In this document: positions 1 to 12,504 of the stretch, piece by piece
How positions within the stretch are numbered: position 1 is the first letter of the stretch
Layout: the number at the start of each line of letters is the position of its first letter
Assembly (NCBI RefSeq): GCF_006345805.1
Contig: NC_043009.1
Location: 70,122,001-70,186,000, forward strand
DNA length: 64,000 nucleotides
Direction of reading: 5' to 3'
Source of the DNA: Octopus sinensis
Lineage: Eukaryota
The notes under the pieces: generated by a model
The model's database searches: none
What the model saw: the letters and a program-made list of their open reading frames with translations, nothing else
What the model was told of the DNA's origin: nothing
Position numbers and translations under genes: made by a program

Positions 1-238
1 TGTGTCAGCCTTCCAATTGCTGTTTTTACTGAGATCTCCTTTTTAGTAGAGAAATAGCTATAACCCTTTGACTGCTATTTCTAAATTCGGTATGTGGTAA
101 GGCAATTCGTTGCTAAACCCTTATTGCTTAGTATTACTTAAATTTTCCTCGAATGAGGCTTTTTTTTACATGCCGAAGACTACTTGGTGTAATTGATAAT
201 TATTCCAAATTAATTAATTTCACCCTTCATTATTACGG

Positions 239-283
<45 letters not shown>

Positions 284-293
284 ATATATATAT

Positions 294-364
<71 letters not shown>

Positions 365-669
365 TATATATATCTATCTGTCTACACACACAAACACACA
401 CACACACACACACACGCCCTTTATAAGTATTTCTGGTGGCTTAGTCAGAAGAGAAATGTTAGCACCCATTCACCATTGTCGGTTGGAAGAAAACGAAATA
501 GTTGTCTTCGGACAGGACAGTCAATGCGAACGTCTGCGAAACAATGCATCTTGCTGGCGGCACTTAAGAACCAGATGTTGGCTTTAAGGTGGATTATGGA
601 TTAAGTCGATTAACCAGTTATATCTGGGATACTTGTTTTTATCATTGCCATGCTTTGGCGGTGGTTAGG

Positions 670-3165
670 AAATTATGTCTTTATGTTGATAACATTCTCT
701 GCAGTTGAAGTCAATATCTTCTAATATTTTCTTGGAGCTTCTACAGACATGTGTGTGAGTATATGTGTGTGTGTCTGTGTGTCCCCGTGCGCGCGTTGTT
801 TCTAGGCAGTGACCTTGTGCATCGGTAATCAGTCCTTCCGTTTCTTTGTTTAGTCCACAGCTTTCAGTTGACTCGGCTTTCATATTGGCTCATTTCGTCT
901 CTGTCTATTCTTGCATAATACTGACCACAGTCTTTCTTTCCATTCTTCTTTCCGAACTTCAATTCTGCTTTGATTTTATATTTTATTATATTTGCATTTC
1001 CTGCCGTTTTATTTTTATCGAAATCATTTTATCAATGTACCAAGATTCTTGTTTCTGACAAATTTTCTTTTTGTTTTGTTTTGCTATATTAAACTAATCA
1101 ATCTACGTTTGCTTGCTTCACACTATTTTTCTACACTCATTGTATTTTGTTCTCGTTTATTACTCGTCAATAATTCCCGATTTCTCTCCGACCTTTCATA
1201 TCTTCCTACCTGTAATAGTGTCCGTGGTGATGGACTCCAGATGCACTGAAAAAATTTGCTGGTTTTCCTGTGAAGGTTTTACAATTGATATACCAACAAA
1301 ATTATTTTACTGAAACTTCAATCTAAGATTGAGATCTCCAGGGTATTTAGAATGGTAATTTCTTTGTTGGTGCATTCCTCTCAATTTTAATATTAACCTG
1401 ATTCAAGGCAGCAAAAGCTAACGGAGTCATGAGCTTGCCGAGCAAAATGCTTCATGGCATTTCGTCCGCCTTCACGTTCTGAGTTCAAATTCCGCTGGGG
1501 TTGACTTTGCCTTTCATCATTTCGAGATGGATAAAATAAGTAGCAGATTAATACTGAGGTCCCCAATCCACCGAAATTGCTGGCCTTGAACCAAAATTTG
1601 AAACCAGCAACAGACTCCTCTGTGGTGTTCAAATTTTGAAGATATTTCCTTCTTGCGTTTATATTTTCTCTTTCATTTACTTCTACTTCGCGTTCATATT
1701 TGTTGATTCTTTTTCCAATTCTGTTTTCGGTGTCTAAATCTAATATTTGCAATTTTAATTAATTTCTCTCTTCTTAGAGAAGCGATGGCCCATTTCTATA
1801 ATTCCATACTCAGTTTGATATCGCTACTGAATAAATGCAGAACTTTTAGTAGGGTCTCCTGCTGGCTAGTGTCTCCTCTATATAGTTTTCAGATATCATC
1901 CATATTGAGTAGATTATTTATAGAATGTTTTACCATTAAGTGGTTTGCTTCAATACGTTCATTAATGGAGTCGGTTTTGGAGAGAAGAGTTCTGTGAGGA
2001 CAGTTTCTTTGAAAGATGTCGCTTCTCTTATGGAGATTGTGTTATATTTTATTGTTTCTGTATGTTGCAGTGTGTTATTAATGTTTAACGTTTTAACACG
2101 GTGTGATAGATTGATACTGGCTTTATACTGAAACTGTTTGTTTACGACCAGTGTCTCCAGTATCGTCGGGGACCTTTCATTAATCATTTAGTGCCATATT
2201 TAGATATTATTTTTTTCACTTGTTCTCAAATATTTCTACATCTACCAGTGGCTATGTTTTTCGGCTCACATCTGTCCCATTCGTTTACCTTTTCTACTCC
2301 CTTGGTAAAAAAATATTTCAGTCTTCCACACGAGTAGCTTACCTTTTTGAGAGTATAAATATTAGAAATCGATGTTGTGTTGGTAAACAGGTTATTAGTC
2401 GCTAGCTTTGGCGCCTCTGATGTTTTATTTCTGGGAATTAATATCGTTTTGGCGTCAAGCAATCAGTCAGCGTGGATTCCCTTCAAGTATTCTGTCAGTG
2501 TTAATTCTGATCTCTTTAGAGATTCCTTCAATGTTGTTGCTGTAACTTCATATTATGCAATCTAACAGACACTGGGCCAATTTATCAATTGCCACAACTC
2601 TCTGCTAGCGCACCTGATAATGGTGGTGAATTTCCTGTTTGTTATGGCCGGCCATCCTTCAGGTGATTTTTTCTTTTCTTTTTCTTTTCTGTATCTCCTT
2701 TTCTGTTGGTTTCACATCTTAAACAATATTATACTTTTGTTCCAAATGCTCCAACTCTGTGATCGGATTTCTATTGTTATACATGTATTGTCCAACGTGG
2801 AAAAATTATTCTTGATGTCTCGGTAGAATCGTTAAAGAAATTATTGTAAATACGTGATTTTGGTGGAAGAAGAAAATACTCGTTTTGCAAAGAGTTTGTA
2901 CGACGTGACATTATCAAGAAGAGAATGTTTGAATTATTATTTCAAAATCTTCCCATTTCTTGATGTTGTATTTAATTATTTTATTTCTGTTTTGGCTTCA
3001 GTCAGTAAACTGCTGTCATACTGGAGCACTGCCATACTGGAGCAGTTAAAGGGTTTAAAGATGTTCTTAGAACATATAAACCCTTGTATTTATTTTAGCA
3101 TGCTAATTATTTCATGGTCCATTCTTTATCAAATTTCTAAGTTATATTTCTTGACATAAAAAAAT
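670..3165 (-). mobile_element. Highly degenerate R4/Dong-like (RLE-clade) non-LTR retrotransposon relic (RT to CCHC region), interrupted by a SINE and a (TG)n tract
   Basis: Minus-strand translations give decayed family motifs in the correct order: FYRDIKNN..WSIW (~2800), KTILIPRNKTSEAP (~2450; cf. G.T.LIPK..NYRPI), LLKVLHLFSSDIKLSMEL*KWAIASL (~1800; cf. V..FS.DI.MEFGL.KCA), NKETEGLITDAQGHCLETT (~850; cf. LK.ETEG.I.AAQDQ.L.T) and DFNCRECYQH (~700). Many stops and frameshifts. Confidence 0.7.
1405..1606 (+). mobile_element. Octopus-type tRNA-derived SINE, family A (core ...gttctgagttcaaattccgccgaggtcgactttgcctttcatcc...gataaaataagtaccag...)
   Basis: Matches the core repeated at least 13 times in this window; B-box-like GAGTTCAAATTC; inserted into the LINE relic. 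Confidence 0.85.
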
Positions 3166-3244
3166 GCAACTGATTTATAAGTATGTGTGCAGACTCACCC
3201 TCTCACGCAAGCACGCACGTACACACACACACACACATGTATTG

Positions 3245-3573
3245 AAGGCGCATGGCTCAGTGGTTAGAGCCATGAGATACTGAGTTCGATTCCTGGACAG
3301 GGCTGTGCGTTGTGTTCTTGAGCAAATCACTTTATTTCGCATTGCTCCAGTTCATTCAGCTGTAAAAAAAAAATGAGTTGCGGGGTCGATGGTGCCAAGC
3401 TGTATCAGCCTTTGCCTTTGCCTTGGATAACATTGGTGGCATGGAGACGAGAGGCTGCTATTCACGGGCGACTGCTGTTCCTCCATAAACAACATTGCGC
3501 AGAAATGTGCCTTGGAGGGAAACTTTCTAGGTATAATCTTATGCTCATTCATGACCGAAGGAGATCTTTACCC

Positions 3574-3577
<4 letters not shown>
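3245..3577 (+). mobile_element. tRNA-derived SINE, family D
   Basis: Pol III A box TGGCTCAGTGG and B box GAGTTCGATTCC in a tRNA-like head, then a unique body ending at an (AC)n tract. Confidence 0.75.
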
Positions 3578-3639
<62 letters not shown>

Positions 3640-4216
3640 ACAAATATATATTAGCGTCACATTACCTAAGATGGAGTGAATGTCATTAAATATTATTGCC
3701 CGTTAGTTTTAATTTATTCTCATCCAGATTTCTCCATCCACAGCTCAACCGCGGACATATATGAAATGTTAAATTTTCCAGATGTTCCCATATTGCATTA
3801 TGAACTCGAAAATTATAGTAAGGGGCATAACTCTTTACATATATTATTGGGACAAGGTCATCATGCTCGCAACATGCACTGACCATTTCGCTACCACCTT
3901 GCCCGAAATTCCAGACTGTATCTAATCGAATTATGCTTCTGAATTTCTTCATGGCATTCTTTTAGCAGCGCCAGCATTTCGCCGCTCATACAACTGGAAA
4001 TTCTGCTTTGCTTCCAACTGAAGTGGACATTTGCCAATATAACAGCGAAAGAAAAACCGTCACCCGTACGTAGAGCTCTGAGAGAAGGACATCCTAACTC
4101 CTAACTAAGCTAATTATGCAACCAATTACCGCCAATAATTAACTCACAACATAATCTAGCAATGCAATCATTGTCACTGGGAAAATTTCATAATTCACAC
4201 ACACACACACACACAC

Positions 4217-4253
<37 letters not shown>

Positions 4254-7170
4254 ACAGACATACATATATATGTATACAAACACACATACACATTATTTAC
4301 GTGCGTACTTACATACTATGAGGACAATGTCCACTTGTGACCGAGGAAGACCATTCCTGACCATTGCCCACGCAAAATTCCAGCCATGCTTCTGGTTATT
4401 GCACCAGCAATCGATTCCATTCAAGTTCGCGTCGGCGGCTTCCATACTCAATGCGACACCTTCCTACTCGAACGGGCATCGGATAGTCGCATCGCTGGAG
4501 ATTGCAAAACCTAGAATTTTCCACCCCTCTGATGAAGAATGTGGGGGCGTTATGATCTCAAGCCGAAGCAAAAGCTCCCCAAAAATGGTCAATGTCATAT
4601 TTGGTTTTATATGAGTGACCTTCTCCAAGAGACATGATTCAACATACGTACATACATACATACATACATACATACATACATACATACATACATACATACA
4701 TACATACATACATACATACATACATGCATGCATACACTTAAGTACATATATACACACCTATATATGATACCGATGAGGTTTTATCAACGGCTTTGCTTCT
4801 GAGGTAATGATTTCTTATATTATTTAGTAGTATTGGACAGAATTTCTATGAGATTTATTCATCACTAACGTCAGCCTGGTAAGATTGTGAAGTAGATTTT
4901 GCTGCTATTTTTAGCGAGTTGGCGACGTGGGCAGTGGCGAGTAGGCGGCTGCCCACGTTGGACTTTTTTTCTTTCTTTTGTAGCTTTGTGATAATTCTGT
5001 TTATCTGTATTGAACAATTTTGATATGAACACTTTCATTTTAGAATAGTCGCTGGTTTGCTTTTCATCCTTCATTGGTCGATAAAATATAACACAAGGTC
5101 GATTTATTCGACTAATATTTGTGTTTCTTTGTGTTTCATAAGTAACACTAAGTTACAGACTATGGCTGAGGCTCCTCACTACGAACGCATCTTCTTCGTG
5201 TTGTATCTGCTGTAACGATGGATGGTAGCGTAATCCTCAACCACCAAAGTTGTCCGCAGAGTAGCATCGATTTCTGATGTTAGATTTGGCAGACATTGTG
5301 ACAATTCAACAGATGTCGAGCTTCGATTCTCCTCCTGCTAGATTTCCATTCCTGATGGCTTTCCTCAATTCTGCTAAACGTTATATTGTTTCTGCTTACG
5401 GACGATGTCGAGTATATTTTTGCCAGTCGAAATATTTCCAAATGATTGTTGCCATGACTTATTTTGCGCTTCTCATTATGGGCATTCGTTTTTTTCTTCC
5501 TTGTTTTTCCCTTCCCTCCCACCTCTATTTTGGGGTTTATTTCTATTCTTTTGTCATTATTTGCCCTCTTTGTGTGTGATCGCTTTTGTTGTGTAATATT
5601 AATTATTTTCGAGCGTTCATCCGTTATTCGTTTTATTCATTTCGACTCTGATATATTTTTTCTCTTATAAGGGATTACGTATTCTCTCTTGCGCTTCGTT
5701 CGATATTCCATTGTATTACATTCATTGGTTTATGAGAGCTTATCTTTTTATGCGTGTGGTTGGCACCTTTGTTTTTTTTTCCTCAATAGGTATGTGTTTT
5801 TAATAACTTTTTTTTTCTGTTTCTAAGCTCTTTTTATTATTCCTTACAAATTCGCAAACATTCGTTACAGTGCTTGGTCGGTGTCTTTGCTCTATCTTTT
5901 TCTTCCTTGCATCTTGTATACGGTTTTATGATGCTTGTATTTCTTAGGTATAGAAACGAGTCTATGGTATACGTGGTAACTGTTCTGGGACGTGTAATGT
6001 TCTCCGTCGAAGTCATTGAGGTTTTGCTTGATTTTCATAGAAATTAAAAGCAGACACAGTGTGTCGTTTTGTTGGGAGTGGGGCTTCTGGGAGGAAATCA
6101 TATTCTCTGCTGTTGTTGCACATACAACAATGCCTAAACGCATTAAACTCACGTCACATCGTTCTTTATAAACATTAGTTCAACATTGCTTTCATAGAAG
6201 TTTCTATGTTCAGATAGAAACATCGCAAGATTTGTAAACAAAAAAGCAGATCACTTGAGTGAATCGGGGGAGATATTTGCATGTCAAGCAAGGAAGCAGT
6301 CACAAGTTATAGATGCGGGATTGAAAACCAGAGCTGAAATCATTGAAATCTCACTTAAACGTTCCTTTAAAATCATTCGGGTGGTGTTCAGAAGGAAATC
6401 ATAAAGAATGTCCTTGGGGACAAAAGAAGGTGAACCGTGAAACAGCACCAGCAAAACTCGTGATAAAGTTTCCTTTGCAACGGCTGCGGCCCGACTTCTG
6501 GCCCGTATTGGTCTTAACAGTCACAGCAAAGCCGCGGTAGACGTGAACAGCTCTCTTTCTGAACCTCACTTTGTAAAACCTAACTTTGACAATGGTACTA
6601 CTGCTGTTGTTTCTTCTTCTTCTTCTTCTTCTTCTTCTGATAGTGATGATGATGGTAGCGATGACAACGGCTTGTACAAGTCTCTCCGTTAACTTCGTCA
6701 GCATAATTTCTTCGAAGCTAACCAGGAAGTCTATAGACAAGTAAGTCTTTTTAAATGAGAAATTGATATATAACTTATTGTTAGAATCCTCTAAAACGAT
6801 GGAAGAGTCACTGTTGGAACGCCCTTGATTATAAACCTTCTCGATTAAGGTTGGCTTGGTGTCAACAGCAATAACAAGATCAACATCAATAAACTCACTG
6901 AAGTTGATTCCAAACATAACTGTAATTACAGCAATCACAACTCTTTCTTCCTGCCAACACCCCAACGACAAATACGTTCACCAGCGGTACTAACACCTAT
7001 ACCACAACCTCGACAACCTCAGACAGTCGATGTCTTCATCGTTTATACCACACATACCATTTTTCAATGCTTGACTCATCCATTGCACAGTCCATACCAA
7101 AGCCCCCCCCCCCCATCACCATGCTACCGAAACAACCACTACTACCACCACCACTGCCATCAATACTACC

Positions 7171-7390
7171 CACAAGGGGTTAAACACAGAGAGGACAAAC
7201 AAGGACAGACAAACGTATTAAGTCGATTACATCGACCCCAGTACATAACTGGTACTTGTTTAATCAATCGCGAAAGGATGAAAGGAAAAGTCGACCTCGA
7301 TGGAACTTGAACTCAGAACGTAGTGGCGGGCGAAATACTGCTAAGCATTTCGCCCGGTGTGCTACCGGTTCTGCCAGCTCCTCGCCTCCT
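7171..7390 (-). mobile_element. SINE family A
   Basis: Reverse complement of the family A core (gaaaggatgaaaggaaaagtcgacctcg...gaactcagaacg...ctaagcatttcgccc). Confidence 0.85.
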
Positions 7391-8667
7391 TTACCACCGC
7401 TACTCCAACCACTGGCACCACTACCCCCCATTCCCTATTATTATAATACACCTGCCACTGTCACAATCACACCGAACGCCCCAAATCACCACCACTGCGA
7501 CACCATAATCACATTAACAGCACACGGCATCTCCACCAGACAACGCCGCTATCAGCTGATGGCATACGGCTGTTACCTTGTGGCGGACTGCGCTCACGTA
7601 TACGCACAGGGCAGCTACTTCTACACTTAGACTCACTTCTCAGGAAATTTGCCGCACATGCTCACTTGCACACACATACACACATACACACACACATCTA
7701 CGCACACATGTACTGTATACACATATTTATACACATATGAGAAAGGCCTGCAGCAACCATACACCTCGCGTGCACTCACACATTCATATGCACACACAAA
7801 CACTTATATAAGAACATACGCGATAACTCACTCAGCCGCATGCATACAAAGGTACTTTCTTAACAACACAATGAGTAACTGTCACAACACAGAAACACGG
7901 GTTACTTCTGACACACACACACACACGAACAATATGAATAGATTCAAACGCTCGCTTCTACAAGCGTGCGTTGCACACAACTGCTGCATACAAATATGCA
8001 CACTTGCAACACATTACACTCACAATGTTCGTCAGTTGCACACCCACAAATCGAACACGCAAACGTTTGTAAACCTACACAAATACTAGAAAGTATCACA
8101 CATTTGCACACGCACAGAGAAAGACACGCACAGAGAAAGACACACACCAGAAAGACACACACACATACACACACACACACACTTATCGACTTGCATACGG
8201 ACGAACACGCATGCGTAAGACTATAAGAAGTTACTATAGTGATATTCACGTCTATACACACAGACACTTGACTCTCAGCACACTCGCACGCATACACCTG
8301 CCCTACACTTGGACACATCCGCAAATACACTTATGTGCTTATAGAGTTATACACCCAGACATTAAGAATAAAAAAAAAAAAAAAACTACAATGTTATTTT
8401 CAAACTCTGATAAATTCCGGTACAAAATTTTCCAATATTTTATTAAATAAAAAATAATTTAAAAAATAATTAACGTATATAAATAAAAATTCACTTTTGT
8501 TTGTGATGGAAAATTACTCTAACTCCCTCTCTTTCTCTCTCTACTTTAATATATATATACAACTATATATACAACGATATATATATTATATATATATATA
8601 TATATAATAATATATATATATATATCATATAATATATAGATATATATATAATTATATATTATATGTG

Positions 8668-8708
<41 letters not shown>

Positions 8709-8817
8709 GTAAGTATATATAAGTTATGTACTATATATATATATATATAAACATATCGTATTATATTTGCCAATAGTATTACGTAGAATGCAATATCATG
8801 AAAAAGTAAAGAACACT

Positions 8818-8872
8818 TGATACGTGTTTCGAAGTAAATATATTTATTGTAATAGTTATACTTTCTGATATT
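8818..8872 (-). ncRNA. Very degenerate hammerhead-ribozyme-like remnant
   Basis: Minus strand aagta...tactt hairpin followed by cGAAAC-acgt-AUC; the CUGANGA core is decayed (tatcaga). Confidence 0.25.
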
Positions 8873-9639
8873 CTGTACATGAAAGTCTCATGCCGTTAAT
8901 GCGATCATCAGACAGAATGTAACCAAAAATATATTTGAATGTGTGTGTATGTGTGAGTGTGCGTTTATACACACATACATGCACACACCCATCCAAGCAC
9001 ACAGACATATATATATATATAACAATAATGAGTGAGCTAAGGGAAATAACTCAAATCGTCCAGTGACATGATTTTGAGTGATATTGACAAATGCAGGCAT
9101 ATGTAATACCATAAAACATAAATCCTTGATTTATCCCTCATCTCCGCCTCTGCTGGCTGTGCCACAGTTACCGAATAGTAATAAAGACCGGTTCCATATG
9201 AGAAACGGAGATACTCTCATGTGTGAAAGCTTCTCCAAAATTGAGATGTCATTAAGAAAAAGGAGAAGCTTATCTAGAGATAAGAGCACATTTGTGCGAA
9301 CATGTTTCTGCCATAATAGACGTCATCTGCATGACAATTACCCAACTTTATCATAAGTAGTCAAGGGATAGAGCAGAGAGCATTTATGGCCAAGGTAATT
9401 TGCATAGTTGAAAGAAAGACAAGAAGTAACACATTATTATTATTATTATTATCGTACAAGTCTTAATTCCTTGGCCACTGGAAATAAGAACGGATAACAG
9501 CCGTGCTGATGGTGCCAACTGAGATACGGAAACGTGTGTTCACTGCCGTCTTCTTTCTCCAAAAATGAACCTCTCCTTTTCTGTTATAGCTTGACCGTCT
9601 TGGAGAATTCCTGATCCTTGAGATTATTTCCGTGTGTAG

Positions 9640-9975
9640 TGATCCTATAACGGTGCGCGCGCGCGCACCGTCCATTTTCTATTTCGCGCGTGCGAGTGTT
9701 GGTGCCTTCACCAAGGCACAGAAAGGAAGGGCCCTCTCGCGCATGCGCGAACCACCGGAAGCACGACCCTTTTGCCTACGTGGTAGTTAGCCAAGGCAAG
9801 GGGGTCGTAGAACGTTTGACCGCTAGCAGCAGCAGCCAACGACTTGGGACAGCAGCGACCGAAGGCGTCGGACGTATATTTTCTCGCTGTCCAGCTCTGA
9901 TAGCAGTCGGCCGAAGGTTTTACCAACACCAATTGTTGCAGACCACATCTCCCTGTTCGGACGCCATCTTTAACC
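9640..9975. promoter_or_regulatory. CpG-rich promoter-like island with NRF1-, ETS- and YY1-type motifs
   Basis: CGCGCATGCGCG 9738-9749 (NRF1-like), CCGGAAG 9755-9761 (ETS/GABP-like), CGCCATCTT 9962-9970 (YY1-like); high CpG density against an AT-rich background; no repeat family recognised. Confidence 0.45.
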
Positions 9976-10308
9976 CGTTCTGTTTTTAGCGGCTGAACAT
10001 TGTAAATATTACAATCGATTAACCTTCAGCCTTGCGCGCCCAGAACCAAGGACATCAGATAACCACTTATTGTTACTGTTACCACATTAGAGAATAAAGT
10101 AGAATATATATTATTTACGTCTGCGTCTTGTTGTTTCTGACTGGTAGAGAATCTGGATTATTAAAGCAACGGATAGTGATTGCCTCTTGTACCCCGAAAG
10201 TACAAGAGAATATATACACACTCACTAAGTTCGTTACACGTGTCTCTTATGAAGCTGCTCTTAACTATCATTTGGTAATCATGCAGATAATTTTAATAAA
10301 TCAGTAAT

Positions 10309-10341
<33 letters not shown>

Positions 10342-11249
10342 TATATATATACGTCGTGTTTGTATGTATATGTATGTTTATATGTGCGTATGAGTGTATG
10401 CATGCGTATTTGCACTGTGACCTTTCAGTTATTCACATAAGAGTCCAAGGCACTGTAGACATTTTTGATCATACTCTTAACTCGACTCGACAATATTGCT
10501 GCTGCCATCGTTTCACTGCTGTTACAAGAATTACAACAGAATCCTAATTATTAAGGAACACAATGAACATGAAAGTCCCATTAAAAATATGTTAGCAACA
10601 CGATTGACACTGGTGTCAGCCGGTTTGCTAGTTTGTTGAGCAGCCAGGAACAGATAACCTCAACATAAAAAGTAACGAATATAATAACGGATTAGTGATG
10701 CTGTCGCCGTTTAATCTACGACTGTAATGCGAATACTTATTTATTAAAATTAATCGAGTTTATTATCAGTTAGTAAGACTGTGAAGAGAACTTTGGAATT
10801 CGAAAGCGAATCTGTCGTGGCCGAAAGACAAATGTTGCACAACAACGACACAACAATTTATTGACTGAACGATCGCAGATTGCATAAACATGATTTCTAT
10901 GTAATTAAGTTCAGCATGGCTTCTCCTTTGTTTACGATCAGATCAGTTCGCGGAGGAAGAAAATACTTCCTGGTCGCCTCATTAGGATAATCGAGATGTA
11001 ACTTCAAATTTCACGCACATTCTCCCTCTCTCTTTCTCTCTCTCCCTCTTACACACACAGACAGACAGACAAACACACACACACACACGTGTGTGTGTAG
11101 GTGTCTGCGACGTTAATGTAGGTTTCGGGTGGTTGTTATGGCAGATGACATTTGCGTCGCTATTTATCATTTCCAAATGTTCTCCTTTCGCCTCTGATAA
11201 TTCTGGTGCTTTCCTTTGGCCACCAGTGAACTAGCTGTACCAGTGTTAC

Positions 11250-11700
11250 CTGACGACCATTTGAGTCCCTAAGACCGACGCAAATATTCTTTCTCTTGAA
11301 AAGCATCAAGCTGACGGTTATAGGAAAAGCATATGTCTGGAAAGAAATCTGGAGAGCTGGTGTTCGAGGAAATTGAAGAATAGTTGTAGCAGAGGCAATT
11401 CATATCACAGTTATTATTGCTAGGTTATAGCGGATAAACAGCTTACTGAGAGAAGAATGGACTGTGGTGGAAACGAAGGCAGATAGAGATTACTCTGTAA
11501 ATTTGCGGGAGGATTGGCGTGAATGGCAAGTGGACCGATGCTTTTCTTGGTTTTATTTAATTATTTTTAGGCCAGTAAAATATAAAATCAGTGCAGAAAG
11601 AAAATTGATGAGGGCGAAGGATGGTGCTGTTGATCCCCAAAGCATGGCATACATACCGTACCTGATCAATATGCCAAGCGATACAAAAATATAGGTAGAT
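11250..11700 (-). mobile_element. CR1/Jockey-group LINE 3' end relic
   Basis: Minus-strand decayed motifs CH..WGSTAPS, SLSKLFIRYN and FPRT..(SL)PDICF..YN.LDAF(K), typical of the C-terminus of CR1/Jockey-group ORF2. Confidence 0.5.
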
Positions 11701-11919
11701 GTTAAGGGCAGAAGGTCGAACTCTCACTTATTTGGTGACACAAAATCATCTCGAGGATTTCTATCCACAGCAAAGAAGAGACGGAATGCGATCTCTTCCG
11801 CTGAGACATATCAACACAACAGCAAAAAACTACAACAAAAACAACAGCAGCACCACGAGCAGCAGTAGTAAACGACAACTACCTATATATTTGTATGCAT
11901 ATATATATATATATGCAGT

Positions 11920-12300
11920 AACTACAAGAAGATCCAGACCTTCATCAACAAATGTCTCCGGCAGATCCTCCATCTGAAGTGGTTTGACAGAGTGCCAAAC
12001 ACCAACCTGTGGGAAAGGGCCAGCCAGGAGCCCATACATGTTCAGATTAGACGAAGGAAATGGAGATGGATCGGACACACATTGCGGAAAGAACCCTCAA
12101 ATGTGACACGACAAGCACTTGACTGGAACCCGCAGGGGAAAAGGAAGCAAGGATGCCCGAAGCAGACATGGAAGTGGAGCATTTTGGACGAGCTCAGGAC
12201 CACCGGCCTGACATAGAAAGCAGCCAAGAAACACGCCAATGACCGCAAAAAGGGGAAAACAACTGTTGAGGCTCTATGCTCCACAAGGGACAAAAAGAAA
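11920..12300 (+). mobile_element. RTE-clade LINE, 5'-truncated 3' end
   Basis: YKKIQTFINKCLRQILHLKWFDRVPNTNLWERASQEPIHVQIRRRKWRWIGHTLRKEPSNVTRQALDWNPQGKRKQGCPKQTW is the typical RTE ORF C-terminus; one internal stop. Confidence 0.9.
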
Positions 12301-12319
12301 TGTTTGCGTAATGAGATAA

Positions 12320-12490
12320 AAACCAAGGCTGTGTAGATATTAGAACATTTATAGATAGAAGGTCTTACAGCTGTTTCCAGGATATTAATTAATAATATCC
12401 CTTCACTGGAGACGGCGTGAGAGGATGGTTAGATAGGATACAAAATAGAGAGTGAGGTGGAGGAAAGAAAATAGATGTGAGATAGGGATA
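12320..12490 (-). mobile_element. Penelope-like pLTR fragment containing a hammerhead-like motif (12362-12413)
   Basis: Minus strand gtct-CCAGUGA-a-gGGATATT(loop)AATATCCt-g-GAAAC-AGCT-GUA|agac: stem I 4 bp, stem II 7-8 bp, palindromic stem III ACAGCTGT. Confidence 0.65.
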
Positions 12491-12504
12491 TTGAAGTTGT
12501 AGAT

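Noticed and set aside
3245-3320. tRNA genes at SINE heads (also 14560-14628, 23918-23990)
   Set aside because: A and B boxes are present but there is no complete cloverleaf or acceptor stem; each continues into a SINE body.
3690-4100. Possible Tc1/mariner transposase relic
   Set aside because: No TIRs or DDE motif could be identified; the resemblance is too vague to call.
9763-9826. Helitron 3' end (hairpin plus CTAG)
   Set aside because: The hairpin is too long, the CTAG is not followed by T, and no matching 5' TC end was seen.
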